This document shows, piece after piece, positions 1 through 10,531 of a stretch of 64,000 nucleotides of DNA (position 1 is the first letter of the stretch; the number at the start of each line of letters is the position of its first letter). The notes under the pieces were generated by a model. The model saw only the letters and a program-made list of their open reading frames with translations. It had not been told where the DNA came from and made no database searches. The stretch lies in assembly GCA_037441385.1 (NCBI GenBank), contig JBBISH010000010.1, forward strand, positions 25,615 to 89,614, written 5' to 3'. Source of the stretch: Myxococcales bacterium (lineage in GTDB: Bacteria; Myxococcota_A; UBA9042). The position numbers and the translations under genes were made by a program.

Positions 1-197
1 TTGCTTGCGTTCACTGGACTTTCCTGTGGTCGGCGATGGCCTGTCGCGACGGTGCGCGGAAAATGGGGCGCGGAGTATGGGGCGCCCTTGGGTTGGTCAC
101 AAGCGAGGGGCCTCGCTGGGGCCGCCTTGCGTTGTCAGCCTGCGGCGACCGGTCCACAATAGCCTATGCGCTGTAGCCTTGTCGGGCTCGGTGCGCC

Positions 198-1340
198 GTG
201 GAGGCTGCCATTTCTCGCACGCCCAAGCCGCTGACCGCGACCGAGGTGCCGGCGCCCCCCGGACAGCCGCAATTGTGGCAGTTGAGTGGCGCGCTGGACG
301 CCGGCACGGCCGCCGATCTGCAGCGCCGCTTGAGCCGACAACTCCATAAACAGGCTGGAACTTTGCAGATTGACCTGCGCGGCTTGACCGACCTGGACGC
401 CGCCGGTGCCGCCACCCTGGTGGACCTGTGGCGTTTGGGGCAGGCGCGCGGCGTGGACGTGCAGGTGGCGGGCGCAGAGTCGTCGATCCTAGAGAAGCTC
501 CAGCAATTTCAGGTGTCGCCGTCGCTGGCGCCCGAGCCGCCGCCGGTGGGCACGTTCGAGGCCCTGGGCGACGCGGCGTGGGCCAACGCGCTGGCGCTGC
601 GCGACTTTATCGTGCTGGCCGCGGACGTGACCGTGGGCTCGGTCGAGGCCCTGCTGCGGCCGCACCGGCTGCGCTGGGGCGCCCTGGCGCAACAGGCGAG
701 CCTGATGGGGTCGCAAGCCCTTGGGATCGTGGGGCTGATCACCTTCCTCATCGGCCTGACCCTGGCCTTCCAGTCGGCCTACCAACTGCGCCAGTTTGGT
801 GCGGCCATCTATGTGGCCACGCTGACCGCGATCTCGATGGTGCGCGAGATGGGGCCGCTGATCACGGCGATCTTGGTGGCCGGCCGATCGGGGTCGTCGA
901 TCACCTCGGAAGTCGCGACCATGAAGGTGGGCGAAGAGATCGACGCCCTGCACGTCATGGGCATCCCGTTTGTCGATTTTGTCGCCGTGCCCAAGCTGCT
1001 GGCGATGCTGATCACCGTGCCGCTGCTCACGGTGTTGGCCGATGTGCTGGGCATCCTGGGCGGCTGGATCGTGGGCATGGTGTACCTGGACTTGGCGCCG
1101 CGGCCCTACCTGCAAAAGACCGTGGACGCGCTGGTGGCCAAGGACCTGGCGACGGGCCTGTTCAAAAGCGCGGTGTTTGCCTGGGGGATCGCGCTGATCG
1201 GCCTGTACTACGGCGCCGGCGTGCGCGGCGGAGCGCAAGAGGTCGGGCGCGCCACCACCGCCTCGGTCGTCAGCGGCATCTTCTTCATCATCGTGGCCGA
1301 CAGCCTGTTCTCGATTTTGTTTTACGTGGTACTGGGATGA
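198..1340 (+). CDS. mlaE: MlaE-family ABC permease with N-terminal STAS-like domain
   Basis: REMGPLITAILVAGRSGS...EEIDAL MlaE signature, several TM helices, N-terminal IDLRGLTDLDAAG STAS motif; GTG start uncertain. Confidence 0.9.
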   Translation: MEAAISRTPKPLTATEVPAPPGQPQLWQLSGALDAGTAADLQRRLSRQLHKQAGTLQIDLRGLTDLDAAGAATLVDLWRLGQARGVDVQVAGAESSILEKLQQFQVSPSLAPEPPPVGTFEALGDAAWANALALRDFIVLAADVTVGSVEALLRPHRLRWGALAQQASLMGSQALGIVGLITFLIGLTLAFQSAYQLRQFGAAIYVATLTAISMVREMGPLITAILVAGRSGSSITSEVATMKVGEEIDALHVMGIPFVDFVAVPKLLAMLITVPLLTVLADVLGILGGWIVGMVYLDLAPRPYLQKTVDALVAKDLATGLFKSAVFAWGIALIGLYYGAGVRGGAQEVGRATTASVVSGIFFIIVADSLFSILFYVVLG

Positions 1341-2149
1341 CCGACCTCTCCCCCGCCCTTGAGGTCCGCGACCTGGTGGTCCGCTACGGCGAGCGCACCG
1401 TCTTGGCCGGCGTGGACATGAGCGTGCCGGCGGGCGAGATCCGCGTGATTCTGGGCGGCAGCGGCTCGGGCAAAAGCACGCTGCTCAAGGGGATCCTGGG
1501 CCTGACCGACCTCAGCGGCGGCGAGGTCAACCTGCTGGGGCAGCCGATGGTGGGGCTGCCCGAGTCCGAGCGGCGCCGGTTGATGCAGCGCGTGGGCGTG
1601 TTGTTCCAGAACGGAGCGCTGTTCGGTTCGCTGACCGTGGGCGAGAACGTGGCCCTGCCGCTGCGCGAGCACCGCCGGCTGCCCGAGGGCGCGATCCGCG
1701 AGCTGGTGCGCAGCAAGCTGGCGCAGGTGTCGATGAGCCACGCCGAACACCTGTATCCGTCTGAGCTTTCGGGCGGCATGAAGAAGCGCGCCGGCCTGGC
1801 GCGGGCCCTGGCGCTGGACCCCGAGGTGCTGTTCTGCGACGAGCCGTCGGCCGGCCTGGATCCGCAAACCTCGCTGAATCTAGACAACTTGCTGCTGCAG
1901 CTGCGCGACCGCCTGGGCGTGACCGTGGTCATCGTCACCCACGAACTGGCGAGTATTGAAGGAATCGCCGATTCGCTCATCATGATCGGTGCCGGCCGCG
2001 TCATCGCCGAGGGACCGGTGGCCGAAGTGCGCCGGCGCGGGATCCCGCAAGTCGACGACTTCTTTGCCCGCATGGTCAAGGCCGATGCGCAGGCGACGGT
2101 GAGTGCGGCCGCGCTGCTGGGGCTTCAGCCCGACCGCGGAGGTGCCTAG
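1337..2149 (+). CDS. mlaF: MlaF/Mkl-family ABC ATP-binding protein
   Basis: Walker A GGSGSGKS, LSGGMKKR signature, DEPSAGLDP, VTH; ATGA overlap with upstream stop. Confidence 0.92.
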   Translation: MTDLSPALEVRDLVVRYGERTVLAGVDMSVPAGEIRVILGGSGSGKSTLLKGILGLTDLSGGEVNLLGQPMVGLPESERRRLMQRVGVLFQNGALFGSLTVGENVALPLREHRRLPEGAIRELVRSKLAQVSMSHAEHLYPSELSGGMKKRAGLARALALDPEVLFCDEPSAGLDPQTSLNLDNLLLQLRDRLGVTVVIVTHELASIEGIADSLIMIGAGRVIAEGPVAEVRRRGIPQVDDFFARMVKADAQATVSAAALLGLQPDRGGA

Positions 2150-3126
2150 TGGCCAGTTTGACCAAGGGACAAAAAGTCCGCCTGGGGGTGTTCGTCGCCA
2201 CCGGCTTGGTCGTGCTGATCGCCGCGGTGGTGGTGCTGGCCGGGCGCAAGTTCACCGAGCAGTTGGACACGTATTCGATCCGCTACTCGAACAAAGCCGC
2301 GTCGTTCTCTGGACTTTCGGTGGGCAGCGACGTGACCTACAGCGGCATCAAGATCGGCCGAGTCGAGAGCTTGGCGGTCGCCCGCGACGACGTCTCGGTC
2401 ATCGAGGTGGGCATCTCGGTGGCGCACGGCACGCCGATCGCCGTCGACTCGACCGCCAGCCTGGGCAGCCAAGGCATCACGGGCATGAAGTACATCGACA
2501 TTTCGCGCGGTTCGCAGAAGGTCAAGCTGCGCCAGCCCGGCGAGCGCATCCCACCCGGCGAGTCGATGATCGACAACCTGAGCGCGCGCGCCCAGTCGAT
2601 CGGCGAACGGTTGGATGCGCTGCTGGTGAACCTGCAGGCGATGACCGGCACCAGCCAGCAAAAGAGCCTGGACAAGGTGTTCGAGCGGGTCGACAGCGTG
2701 CTGGCCGAGACCCATGGCATCCTCTTCGACAACCGGCCGACGATCGCGGCGATTCTGCAAAATGCGCAGCAAGTGACCGAGGATATGACCACAATCTCGC
2801 ACAACCTGGCCCAGGTCTCGCGGACCGCGGTGGCGGTGACCGAGCGCGCCGATCGGGTGATGGCCAACCTGGAGACCGCGAGCCATGAGCTCAAGCAAGC
2901 TGCCGCGCCGCAAGGTGAAGTGGCGGTGGCCGTGGGCAAAGTGGCCAAGCTGGTCGATGGCCTGAACATGGTGGTGGTGCGCAGTCAGGGCGACATCGAC
3001 GTGACCTTGCGGCACCTGCGCGACGCGGCCGCCGACCTGCGCGATTTTGCCCAGGCCGTCAAAGACAACCCCACCCTGCTGATGTTCACCAGCGAACAGG
3101 GCAGCGACCGGCGGATCGGCAAATGA
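2149..3126 (+). CDS. MCE/MlaD-family protein with long C-terminal helical region
   Basis: N-terminal TM helix, GLSVGSDVTYSGIKIGRV MCE motif, QGITGMKYIDI, coiled-coil tail ending NPTLL. Confidence 0.9.
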   Translation: MASLTKGQKVRLGVFVATGLVVLIAAVVVLAGRKFTEQLDTYSIRYSNKAASFSGLSVGSDVTYSGIKIGRVESLAVARDDVSVIEVGISVAHGTPIAVDSTASLGSQGITGMKYIDISRGSQKVKLRQPGERIPPGESMIDNLSARAQSIGERLDALLVNLQAMTGTSQQKSLDKVFERVDSVLAETHGILFDNRPTIAAILQNAQQVTEDMTTISHNLAQVSRTAVAVTERADRVMANLETASHELKQAAAPQGEVAVAVGKVAKLVDGLNMVVVRSQGDIDVTLRHLRDAAADLRDFAQAVKDNPTLLMFTSEQGSDRRIGK

Positions 3127-5402
3127 AGAAGTCTAGCCTTTCCTTGCTGTTATGGCCTCTGGCGCTGCTCGCGCTCAGCGGCTGCTGGGGCACCACTACG
3201 GCCGAGCAGCGGTTCTACACCCTCAGCCTGCCGCAAGCTTCGGCGCCAGCGCGCGGTCGCCACAACGCCGAGGTGTGGGTCAAAGAGGTCGAGATCGCGC
3301 CGGTCTACAACCGCCCGCAGATCGTGTTCCGTTTTTCGCCGCAAGAGCTGCAGTTCTTTGGGCAGCACCGCTGGGCCGATCGGCCTTCGCGCATGGTGGG
3401 GCAGTTGCTAGAGCGATCGCTGACCACCTCGGGCGTGTTCAGCAGCGTGGTGTCGCGCCTGGGCACGGTGCCGCCGCAGTACGTGCTCGACTCCAGCGTG
3501 GAAGCCATCGAGGAGCTGGAGGGCGGCAACCTGTGGTACGCGCACCTGGCGATGACCTTCCGCCTGTCGCGCTTTGACGACAACCGCGCCGTGTGGCAGT
3601 TCAGCTTTGACGAGCGCCGCCCGCTGAATCGCCAGGATCTGGGCCTGGTTGCGCGTGCTCTGTCCGAGATCTTGGACGAGCAGCTGCGCCTGGCCCTGCA
3701 GCAGATGGAAGGCGCGTTGGACGGCAAACCGCCGCCCGAAGTGAAGCCCGACAGCAAGCCGGGGCCCGACACCAAACCGGTGCCCAGCGCGGCCAGTCCG
3801 CCCAAAGCCGCGGTGGACCAGCCAGCCGGCGCCGGGGCCAAATTCGACGGCACCAACGGCACCGACGTCAATTGGCGCACCAGCGCCCAGTACCACAGCG
3901 ACACCACTACCATCCCCGCCGGCCAAGGCGCGCTGTTCTTGCCCTCGCTTAGCCTGAAGGCGGAGCGGGAACCGCTTGTGACCGTTCAGCAAAACGGCAA
4001 GGTCGTCGGTAGCGGCGGCATGGGGCGGCGCATCGTGCTGCCGCCGGGTCAGTACGACGTGTCGTTTGGCTCGGGGCCGGCGGCGCAGCACCTGACGCGG
4101 TCGGTGCAGGTGCAAGAGGGGCGCACCAGCGTGGTCGTCCCGGACTGGGCCGCGCTGGACGTCAGCGTGGTGAATGCGAAATTCATCCCATTTCTAGGCA
4201 CGTACGAGATCATTCGCATGGACGATCGCGAGTACATGGGCGTGGGCTACGGCGTGGACGAAGAGCTGGGGCAGCGCGCGCAGGTGTGGGTGCTGCGCCC
4301 GGGGCTCTACAAGATCGTGCAATCCGGCTCGACTTACCGCGCCCGCACCAACTTTGCCACCGTGCAGCTGTTGCCGGGCATGGCCGTGCCGTACTTGCTG
4401 GTCCAAGACGAAACCAGCCGCGACTTTCTGGGCGCCGGCGTGGCCGAGCCCGATGCCGCTCGCTGGACGGACAGCCGCCCCGACCAGGATGGCGCCTGGC
4501 GTTTTCGCACGTCGCTGGGCGGAAGCGTCTTGCTGGGCAATCGGACCGAGGGCTACTCCAGCGCACCGGTGGGCAGCAGCCTGGGCATCGACGTGTTCTT
4601 GGACAACCGCCTGACCTACACCTCGGATCCCCACGTGTGGACGACTCGGCTCGAGATCGAAGAAGGCCAGTCGTTGCAGCCAACCATTGGCGCGGACAAC
4701 AAACCGGGCAATCTGCTGGACGGGCGCCTGCAGTCGGTCAAGGACCGGGTGTACTTCAATTCGATCTATATCTATCAGTTCTTGCCTTGGGTTGGCCCGT
4801 ATCTGCGGGTCGGCGGCGAGACCACCTTGGTGGATCAACAGACCTACTTCGAGAAGCCGACGCAAGTGGTGGTGCAGAACACCAGTGGCGCCACCATCGC
4901 GAGCCACAGCGGCGTGGACGGCAAGGGCGAGACCAGTTTTGTCTTGAGCGGTCCGCTGACTCCCGTGCAGCTCAAGCAGGGCGCGGGCGTGAATTTCCGC
5001 GTGCTGCACAATACGGCGGTGGACCTGGACCTGCGGGCGGGCTTGGGTTCGCGGCAGTACCTGGCCCGCAGCCAGTTGGTGGCCAAAGACGACCCGAACA
5101 CGCCGAGTTTCGAGGTGCGCGAGGTGGCCAGCACGGTGCTCACCGGCTTCGAGGCGTCGGCCCTGGGGCAAATGCGGCTGACGCGCTACCTGCAGGGTTC
5201 GACCGAGCTGGACGCGCTGTTGCCATTTGACGGGGTGGCGACCACACAGCTCAACTGGCGCAGCGCCCTCAGTCTTCGCTTGGGCAGCTATGCGTCGCTG
5301 ACCTACACCTTGAACGTGGTGCGCCAGCCCAACGTGCGCCCGGACGTGCCGTGGGCGGTCGAGCAGGGCCTGCAGCTGCGCTTCCACTACGCGCCCATGT
5401 AG
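3123..5402 (+). CDS. PqiC/ABC-auxiliary-like lipoprotein fused to PEGA-like segment and probable C-terminal outer-membrane beta-barrel
   Basis: Lipobox LSGC; YNRPQIVF...HRWADRPSRMV PqiC-like motif; Pro/Lys linker; amphipathic beta-strand pattern in last ~300 aa ending GLQLRFHY; ATGA overlap. Confidence 0.7.
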   Translation: MKKSSLSLLLWPLALLALSGCWGTTTAEQRFYTLSLPQASAPARGRHNAEVWVKEVEIAPVYNRPQIVFRFSPQELQFFGQHRWADRPSRMVGQLLERSLTTSGVFSSVVSRLGTVPPQYVLDSSVEAIEELEGGNLWYAHLAMTFRLSRFDDNRAVWQFSFDERRPLNRQDLGLVARALSEILDEQLRLALQQMEGALDGKPPPEVKPDSKPGPDTKPVPSAASPPKAAVDQPAGAGAKFDGTNGTDVNWRTSAQYHSDTTTIPAGQGALFLPSLSLKAEREPLVTVQQNGKVVGSGGMGRRIVLPPGQYDVSFGSGPAAQHLTRSVQVQEGRTSVVVPDWAALDVSVVNAKFIPFLGTYEIIRMDDREYMGVGYGVDEELGQRAQVWVLRPGLYKIVQSGSTYRARTNFATVQLLPGMAVPYLLVQDETSRDFLGAGVAEPDAARWTDSRPDQDGAWRFRTSLGGSVLLGNRTEGYSSAPVGSSLGIDVFLDNRLTYTSDPHVWTTRLEIEEGQSLQPTIGADNKPGNLLDGRLQSVKDRVYFNSIYIYQFLPWVGPYLRVGGETTLVDQQTYFEKPTQVVVQNTSGATIASHSGVDGKGETSFVLSGPLTPVQLKQGAGVNFRVLHNTAVDLDLRAGLGSRQYLARSQLVAKDDPNTPSFEVREVASTVLTGFEASALGQMRLTRYLQGSTELDALLPFDGVATTQLNWRSALSLRLGSYASLTYTLNVVRQPNVRPDVPWAVEQGLQLRFHYAPM

Positions 5403-5468
5403 GAGGCGTCGCGCCCGCGTCGGTTGCCACGCCAGGCAAATCGGGGCAAGCTGCCGGACGAGGATGCC

Positions 5469-7562
5469 ATGCAGCAAGACCCCGAACGCCGGGACGCCAG
5501 CGCGGTGGACGAGCCAGCTCCGCTTGTGGGCAGCGCTTTGGGGCCGTTCGCGCGGTTCCTGGTGCGACAGCCGCTCGGCGTCAAGTTTGCCTTGGCTTTT
5601 GGCTCGTTGGTGGCTCTGGTCGCCCTGACCGGTGTGGTGGCAGCGCGCGGATTGGTGGGGGTGCGGCAGAGCATCGACCGCGCCGAGCACTTGGCCGGCG
5701 CCTGGCTCAAGCCCGCCCGCGATGCGCGCCTCAGTCATTTGCAGGCCTTGCAGGCCCAGCGCGAGTTCCTGCTGTTGGCGCCCCAGTGGGGGGCTGACCT
5801 TGCGGGAGCGCGGCTGCTGGACGGCCAGCGCCTGCAAGTGGCGCAACCGCGCCCCGAAGACCATTGGGCCTCGACCACGGGCGCCACCCATGCCGACCTC
5901 GTCCAAGACGCCGCCGAGGCGGCCGCGCGGGCCTGCGAGGCGGTGACGCCGTTGGACTTGGCCGAGTACGGGTTGGCCGGCGACGCGGCCGCGAAGGCGG
6001 ACCTGCAGCGCTGGCAAAATCGCTGTCAGGCCGGCCTAGTACGCGAGTTGGCTCAGCTCACGGTCTTGGCCAATACGGCGGCGCGGGCCCTGGATGCCGC
6101 CGGCTTGGAGGGCAGCGACACGGCCGGTCAGCCGGTTCGGCGCGGTACGTGGGGGCGTTTGGTGCAGGATCTTGGCGAGTTGGACGTGTACCTGGCCGCC
6201 GATGCCACGGGCGCCGCCGCGGCGGGTCCGGGGTCGGTGGCGCTCGCCGGCCTGCGCATGGCGGTCTACGACTTTGCCCACCAGCGCGGGCGAAGCTGGC
6301 CGGTCGCCATGCCCGAGGCCCCGACCCAAACCGGTGAGGCGGGTTGCGCCGTACAACCTATCGAAACATCAACTGGTTTGCAGCAATCCACGCAGCGCCT
6401 GCGGGCCTCGCTCGCGACGCTGGAAGGGCAGGTACGCGGCAGCGGCGTCGCTCGCGAGCGGGCCGTGGCGACGTTCCGGGTCCACTTGGGTGAGCTGCTG
6501 GACCGCGACGACAAGGCGCGCGCGGCGGTGGCGAACTGGGTGTGCCAGGCGGCGCAACTCCGCGACGACTTGGATCAACTTCACGACGCGGCGCGCGGAC
6601 CGGTCGAGCGGGTGCGCGCGCAGGCGGCGGCTCAGCCAGGTGAGACCTTTGGCTACGTCAGCTTCTTTACGCTGCTGATCATCTTGGTGGGCGCGGCCTT
6701 GGCCTACGCCTTGGCCACCAACCTGCGCCGGCCGATCCGCTCGCTGGTGCAGGCCGCCGAGCAGGTGGCCAAAGGGGATCTCAAGGCGCAGGCGCTTACC
6801 TTTGGCGACGACGAAATTGGTCGCCTGGCCCAGACCTTCAACCGCATGACGGCCCAGCTGGACGTGCAGACCCGCGAGCTGAAGCGGCACATGCGCGAGG
6901 TCGAGCAGGAGCGGCAGCGTTCCGAGCACTTGCTGCTCAACATCTTGCCGGCGCCGATCGCCGAACGGCTCAAGCTCAACGAGCGGCCCATCGCCGACGC
7001 TTTTGACGAGGCCACCGTCGTCTTTGCCGATGTGGTGGGCTACACGACCTTGGCTGCGCGGCTAGAGCCCCAGCAAGTGGTCAACTTCTTGGGCAAGATC
7101 TTCTCGCGCTTTGACGAGCTGGCGGCCGAGCACGGCGTGGAGAAGATCAAGACCATCGGCGACGCCTACATGGTGGCCAGCGGTCTGCCGCAGCGGACGC
7201 CGGATCACTGCCAGCGCGCCGCGCGGATGGCGCTCGGCATGCTGCAGGTCCTAGAAGAGCTGAACCCGCAATTCCCGCAGCCGCTGCAGCTGCGGATCGG
7301 CCTGCACACCGGTCCGGTGGTGGCCGGCGTGATCGGCGAGCGGAAATTCCTGTACGACCTGTGGGGCGACGCCGTGAACATTGCGAGTCGCATGGAGAGC
7401 CATGGCGAGCCAGGCGCCATCCAGGTCACCTCGTCCAGCCAGACTCTGCTGCAGCACGAGTTTGTCTTGGAGCCGCGCGGCGAAATTACCGTGAAGGGGC
7501 GCGGCGTCATGCAGACTTGGTGGCTGCGCGCTGAGCGGCTTCGGCCGGCGGCGGCCGACTAG
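5469..7562 (+). CDS. Membrane-bound class III adenylate cyclase (TM-periplasmic-TM-HAMP-cyclase)
   Basis: HAMP DEIGRLAQTFNRM; FADVVGYT, KIKTIGDAYM, YDLWGDAVNIASRME (Lys/Asp pair typical of ATP specificity); start uncertain. Confidence 0.9.
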   Translation: MQQDPERRDASAVDEPAPLVGSALGPFARFLVRQPLGVKFALAFGSLVALVALTGVVAARGLVGVRQSIDRAEHLAGAWLKPARDARLSHLQALQAQREFLLLAPQWGADLAGARLLDGQRLQVAQPRPEDHWASTTGATHADLVQDAAEAAARACEAVTPLDLAEYGLAGDAAAKADLQRWQNRCQAGLVRELAQLTVLANTAARALDAAGLEGSDTAGQPVRRGTWGRLVQDLGELDVYLAADATGAAAAGPGSVALAGLRMAVYDFAHQRGRSWPVAMPEAPTQTGEAGCAVQPIETSTGLQQSTQRLRASLATLEGQVRGSGVARERAVATFRVHLGELLDRDDKARAAVANWVCQAAQLRDDLDQLHDAARGPVERVRAQAAAQPGETFGYVSFFTLLIILVGAALAYALATNLRRPIRSLVQAAEQVAKGDLKAQALTFGDDEIGRLAQTFNRMTAQLDVQTRELKRHMREVEQERQRSEHLLLNILPAPIAERLKLNERPIADAFDEATVVFADVVGYTTLAARLEPQQVVNFLGKIFSRFDELAAEHGVEKIKTIGDAYMVASGLPQRTPDHCQRAARMALGMLQVLEELNPQFPQPLQLRIGLHTGPVVAGVIGERKFLYDLWGDAVNIASRMESHGEPGAIQVTSSSQTLLQHEFVLEPRGEITVKGRGVMQTWWLRAERLRPAAAD

Positions 7563-9310
7563 TCTTTGGGCCACGGCTCGGGTGGTTTGCTCACCGGCGT
7601 CTGCTGCGCCGCCTTCTGCAAGTTGGCGATGAACATGGCCACGTACTTCATGTCGTCGGCGATGTCGGGATCTGGCTTGGCCTGACCACTTAGCCACTTG
7701 GTCACGGCAGGTTGCAGCGCCAACAGCACGCCCTGGGCGGCTCCGGGGTCGTTGTCCAGCGCCAGCGCGCAGGCCATCTGGAAGGCGGCCAGCACGTTGA
7801 GCATCACAAAGCCCTTTTCGACCGTGGGATGGGTGAAAAGGCCGCCGTCGGGGATCTGGGCGCCGGGGTAGAGTGCGCCGACCACGGCCACCGTTTGGGT
7901 CGCCACGGCGCCCGTCTTGGGGTGCTTCCACGTCAGCGTCAGTTCGGTGACGCCTTTGTCCTGCACGCCCGGCAGCGGCACCAGCTCGATGAGGATGGCC
8001 CCGCCGCCGCCGCGCCGACCCTCGCCGGTGCCGGGCAAGGGTTCGCCGGCCGAGAGGCGCCCCGCCAGGAACAACGTGGGGATGCTGATGACCCCGCCGT
8101 CGCTGCCGCCTTGCCAGCCGTGGGTGCCGTACACCGATTTGAGGACATAGCCGCCGCCCACCTTGACCGCAATGTGCACGTCCAGCGCCACCGGCACCAA
8201 GAAGGTCTTGACCTCTTCGGTAAAGACCTCTTTGACTCCCGCAGGCTTGTCCAAGAAGTAGAACTGACCCGCGCCGACTTCGGCCAAGTCCGCCAGCACA
8301 GCCGCCGCCGCGTTGCCGCCCACGCCGATGGTGGTCAGGCCGATGCCCAGCTTGGCGTAGCTGGCGGCCATGCTGATCAGCTTGGCCGGCGCCTGCAGCC
8401 CCGTCGTCGAAGCGCCGTCCGAGAGCAACACCACCCGCGCCTCTCGCCCCGGCTGGTGCAGGCCGCTCGCCAGCTGGAATGCCTGAAAAAGCCCTGAAAA
8501 CAGGTCTGTTTGTCCGCCGGCTTTCAGTTGCAGGATCGCCTTTTCCACCTGCGCCTTCTCGGCCAGGGGCACCCCCGCCGCCAGCACGACCGCGGCGTCG
8601 GCAAAGCCCACCAGCGACACGGTATCGCCGGGTTGCAGCTGGTCCAGCATCTGCTGCAGCCCCTGCTGAACCTGGGCAATCGGCTCGCCTTGCATCGAGT
8701 TCGACGTGTCGATGGCCAGCACCAAGTCCAGCGGCGGCCGCAGCTGCTCTTCGATCTTGATCGGCGTGTTCAGGCCAATTTGCACCAGGGTACAGGTGCT
8801 TCCCGTGATCATGTTGCCCATCACCCCCAGCAGCGCGTGCATGCACATGTCCTGGCCGCAGAGCGGATCGGGGTAGTCCAGCTTGTGCTCGGCAAAGAAA
8901 CCCAGGTCGTCCAGCGCCGCGGGTTTGGGGATGCCGCCGGCCTCCAAGATGGCGCGGAACAGGCCAAAATCCTGTGCGCCCGCCTGACTCAGGCCGGTGT
9001 TGCCGATGCTGTCGGGCGGCACGGCCGCGCCGTCTTCGCCCACCAGCATGTCCTTGCCGGTGCTGCTGTCGGCCGCGCTGGCGTCGGCTGTGCTGGTATC
9101 GCTGCCGCCGGTGAACACCAGACCCGTGTCTGCCATCCCGCTGCTGTCGCCGCTGGCCGTGTCGCTGGTGCTGGTGGCGCCCCCAGCATTGGACGAGCCG
9201 GAGCCGAACGGGGTGGGCACTGGATTGACCACGCAGGCCTGCGCGCCCAGCGCCAGCAGCACCCACAGCCAGCCCATGCTCCACAACTGGCGAACTGTGC
9301 TCCCTTTCAT
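7559..9310 (-). CDS. VWA-domain (YfbK-like) lipoprotein
   Basis: Lipobox AQAC, Ser/Thr/Asp linker, MIDAS DTSNSM, VVLLSDG, TTIGVG. Confidence 0.85.
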   Translation of the reverse strand: MKGSTVRQLWSMGWLWVLLALGAQACVVNPVPTPFGSGSSNAGGATSTSDTASGDSSGMADTGLVFTGGSDTSTADASAADSSTGKDMLVGEDGAAVPPDSIGNTGLSQAGAQDFGLFRAILEAGGIPKPAALDDLGFFAEHKLDYPDPLCGQDMCMHALLGVMGNMITGSTCTLVQIGLNTPIKIEEQLRPPLDLVLAIDTSNSMQGEPIAQVQQGLQQMLDQLQPGDTVSLVGFADAAVVLAAGVPLAEKAQVEKAILQLKAGGQTDLFSGLFQAFQLASGLHQPGREARVVLLSDGASTTGLQAPAKLISMAASYAKLGIGLTTIGVGGNAAAAVLADLAEVGAGQFYFLDKPAGVKEVFTEEVKTFLVPVALDVHIAVKVGGGYVLKSVYGTHGWQGGSDGGVISIPTLFLAGRLSAGEPLPGTGEGRRGGGGAILIELVPLPGVQDKGVTELTLTWKHPKTGAVATQTVAVVGALYPGAQIPDGGLFTHPTVEKGFVMLNVLAAFQMACALALDNDPGAAQGVLLALQPAVTKWLSGQAKPDPDIADDMKYVAMFIANLQKAAQQTPVSKPPEPWPKD

Positions 9311-10521
9311 GGCTCCCCTCCCTCGCTGTAGACGGACTCGACCCAGCGGCCCATCCCCGGTGCCCCTGCGCAGGCAGCATTGCGCACGGGTACGTCAAAG
9401 GCGCGCACGATTCTCAACTTTCCTAGTCCCGCAGCCGCGCCCTGGCCGGCTACCAGGCTGACGGTGGCGCCCTCGCCGCTCACTTGCACGGCCAGCGGTT
9501 CCAGCGCGCTGCCGCAGCTGTCGTGGCCCACCCCGCAGGCGGGTTGCGGCGCGATCTTGGCGGTCGCCTTGCCAAAATAGACCACGTCTTGGCCGCGTCC
9601 CGCCCGCAGTCGCTTGCCAGAACTGCCAAGTAAATCCACACCTTGAATCGGACCCAGGTTGTGGCCGCCTTGCAGCGGGCTGGCAAAGAAGTCGTCGCCA
9701 GGCACAAACGGCATCGCCCCAGGCGGCAGGCACACCGTCCAGTTGTGGATGCCGGTCTTGCCCAGCCACTGCAGCACGTGGCAGCCATTGGGAGCCGTGG
9801 CCAGGTCGAGCACGGTGCCGTCGCCGCTCGGCAGCGGCTCGGTCCACTCCAGCGCGTCGCCCGCTTGGCCAAAAGCACAGCCCGGCGGGGTGGCGGCCGG
9901 CTGGAGCGGCGGGGCCGCATACACCGCGGGGTGATTAGACAAGTGTGGGCCATCGCTAAGGATTTGCACCTGGACCAGGCGATTCGGCAGCCCACCCGCC
10001 ACCGTCGAGGGCATGGACAGCCCAGGGTAGTCGGCGGTTTTCCAGAACAGCAGGGCCATCGGCAGCGCCCCGCCGTCGACCAGCAGCGCCCCGCAGGCAT
10101 CTTTGCCCTTGTCGAGCGAGGTCACGGCAAACGCCCGCCCCGACTGCACTTGCCATATCTGCGCCGGGGCAAACAAGTTGCGCGACAGCCACTGAGTTGG
10201 CGCGCTGGCCACCGCCGTGCAATCGAGCTGCACCGTTGCGAGCAGGGGTCGCACCCGCAGCACCAGCGTGCTCGGCGTGGCGTTGCCGATGGCCAGCGCG
10301 CCAAAAACAGGCGGGAATTGATTAGGGTTGCGCTGCACGGGCGGCACGTCGGGTTGCCACGGGTTGCCGCTGTCGTGCGGTGCCCCGTTGGCATCCTTCA
10401 CGCCGTCCAGCACGGCATCCGGCGTGTCCCCGCCGTCGGGCGCGTCGGGCCATTGGGGCGTGTAGCGCCATTCGCAGCCACAAAGGGCCAGCGCGGCCAG
10501 AACAACCCATCGTTTCTGCAT
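9307..10521 (-). CDS. Hypothetical Cys-containing lipoprotein
   Basis: Lipobox LCGC, AGGAGG upstream, 4-bp overlap with next gene. Confidence 0.75.
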   Translation of the reverse strand: MQKRWVVLAALALCGCEWRYTPQWPDAPDGGDTPDAVLDGVKDANGAPHDSGNPWQPDVPPVQRNPNQFPPVFGALAIGNATPSTLVLRVRPLLATVQLDCTAVASAPTQWLSRNLFAPAQIWQVQSGRAFAVTSLDKGKDACGALLVDGGALPMALLFWKTADYPGLSMPSTVAGGLPNRLVQVQILSDGPHLSNHPAVYAAPPLQPAATPPGCAFGQAGDALEWTEPLPSGDGTVLDLATAPNGCHVLQWLGKTGIHNWTVCLPPGAMPFVPGDDFFASPLQGGHNLGPIQGVDLLGSSGKRLRAGRGQDVVYFGKATAKIAPQPACGVGHDSCGSALEPLAVQVSGEGATVSLVAGQGAAAGLGKLRIVRAFDVPVRNAACAGAPGMGRWVESVYSEGGEP

Positions 10522-10531
10522 CTTGCCCCTC

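Noticed and set aside
428..1336. ORF-track N-terminal extension of the ABC ATPase to 573 aa
   Set aside because: Overlaps mlaE out of frame; the real start is the ATGA-coupled ATG at 1337
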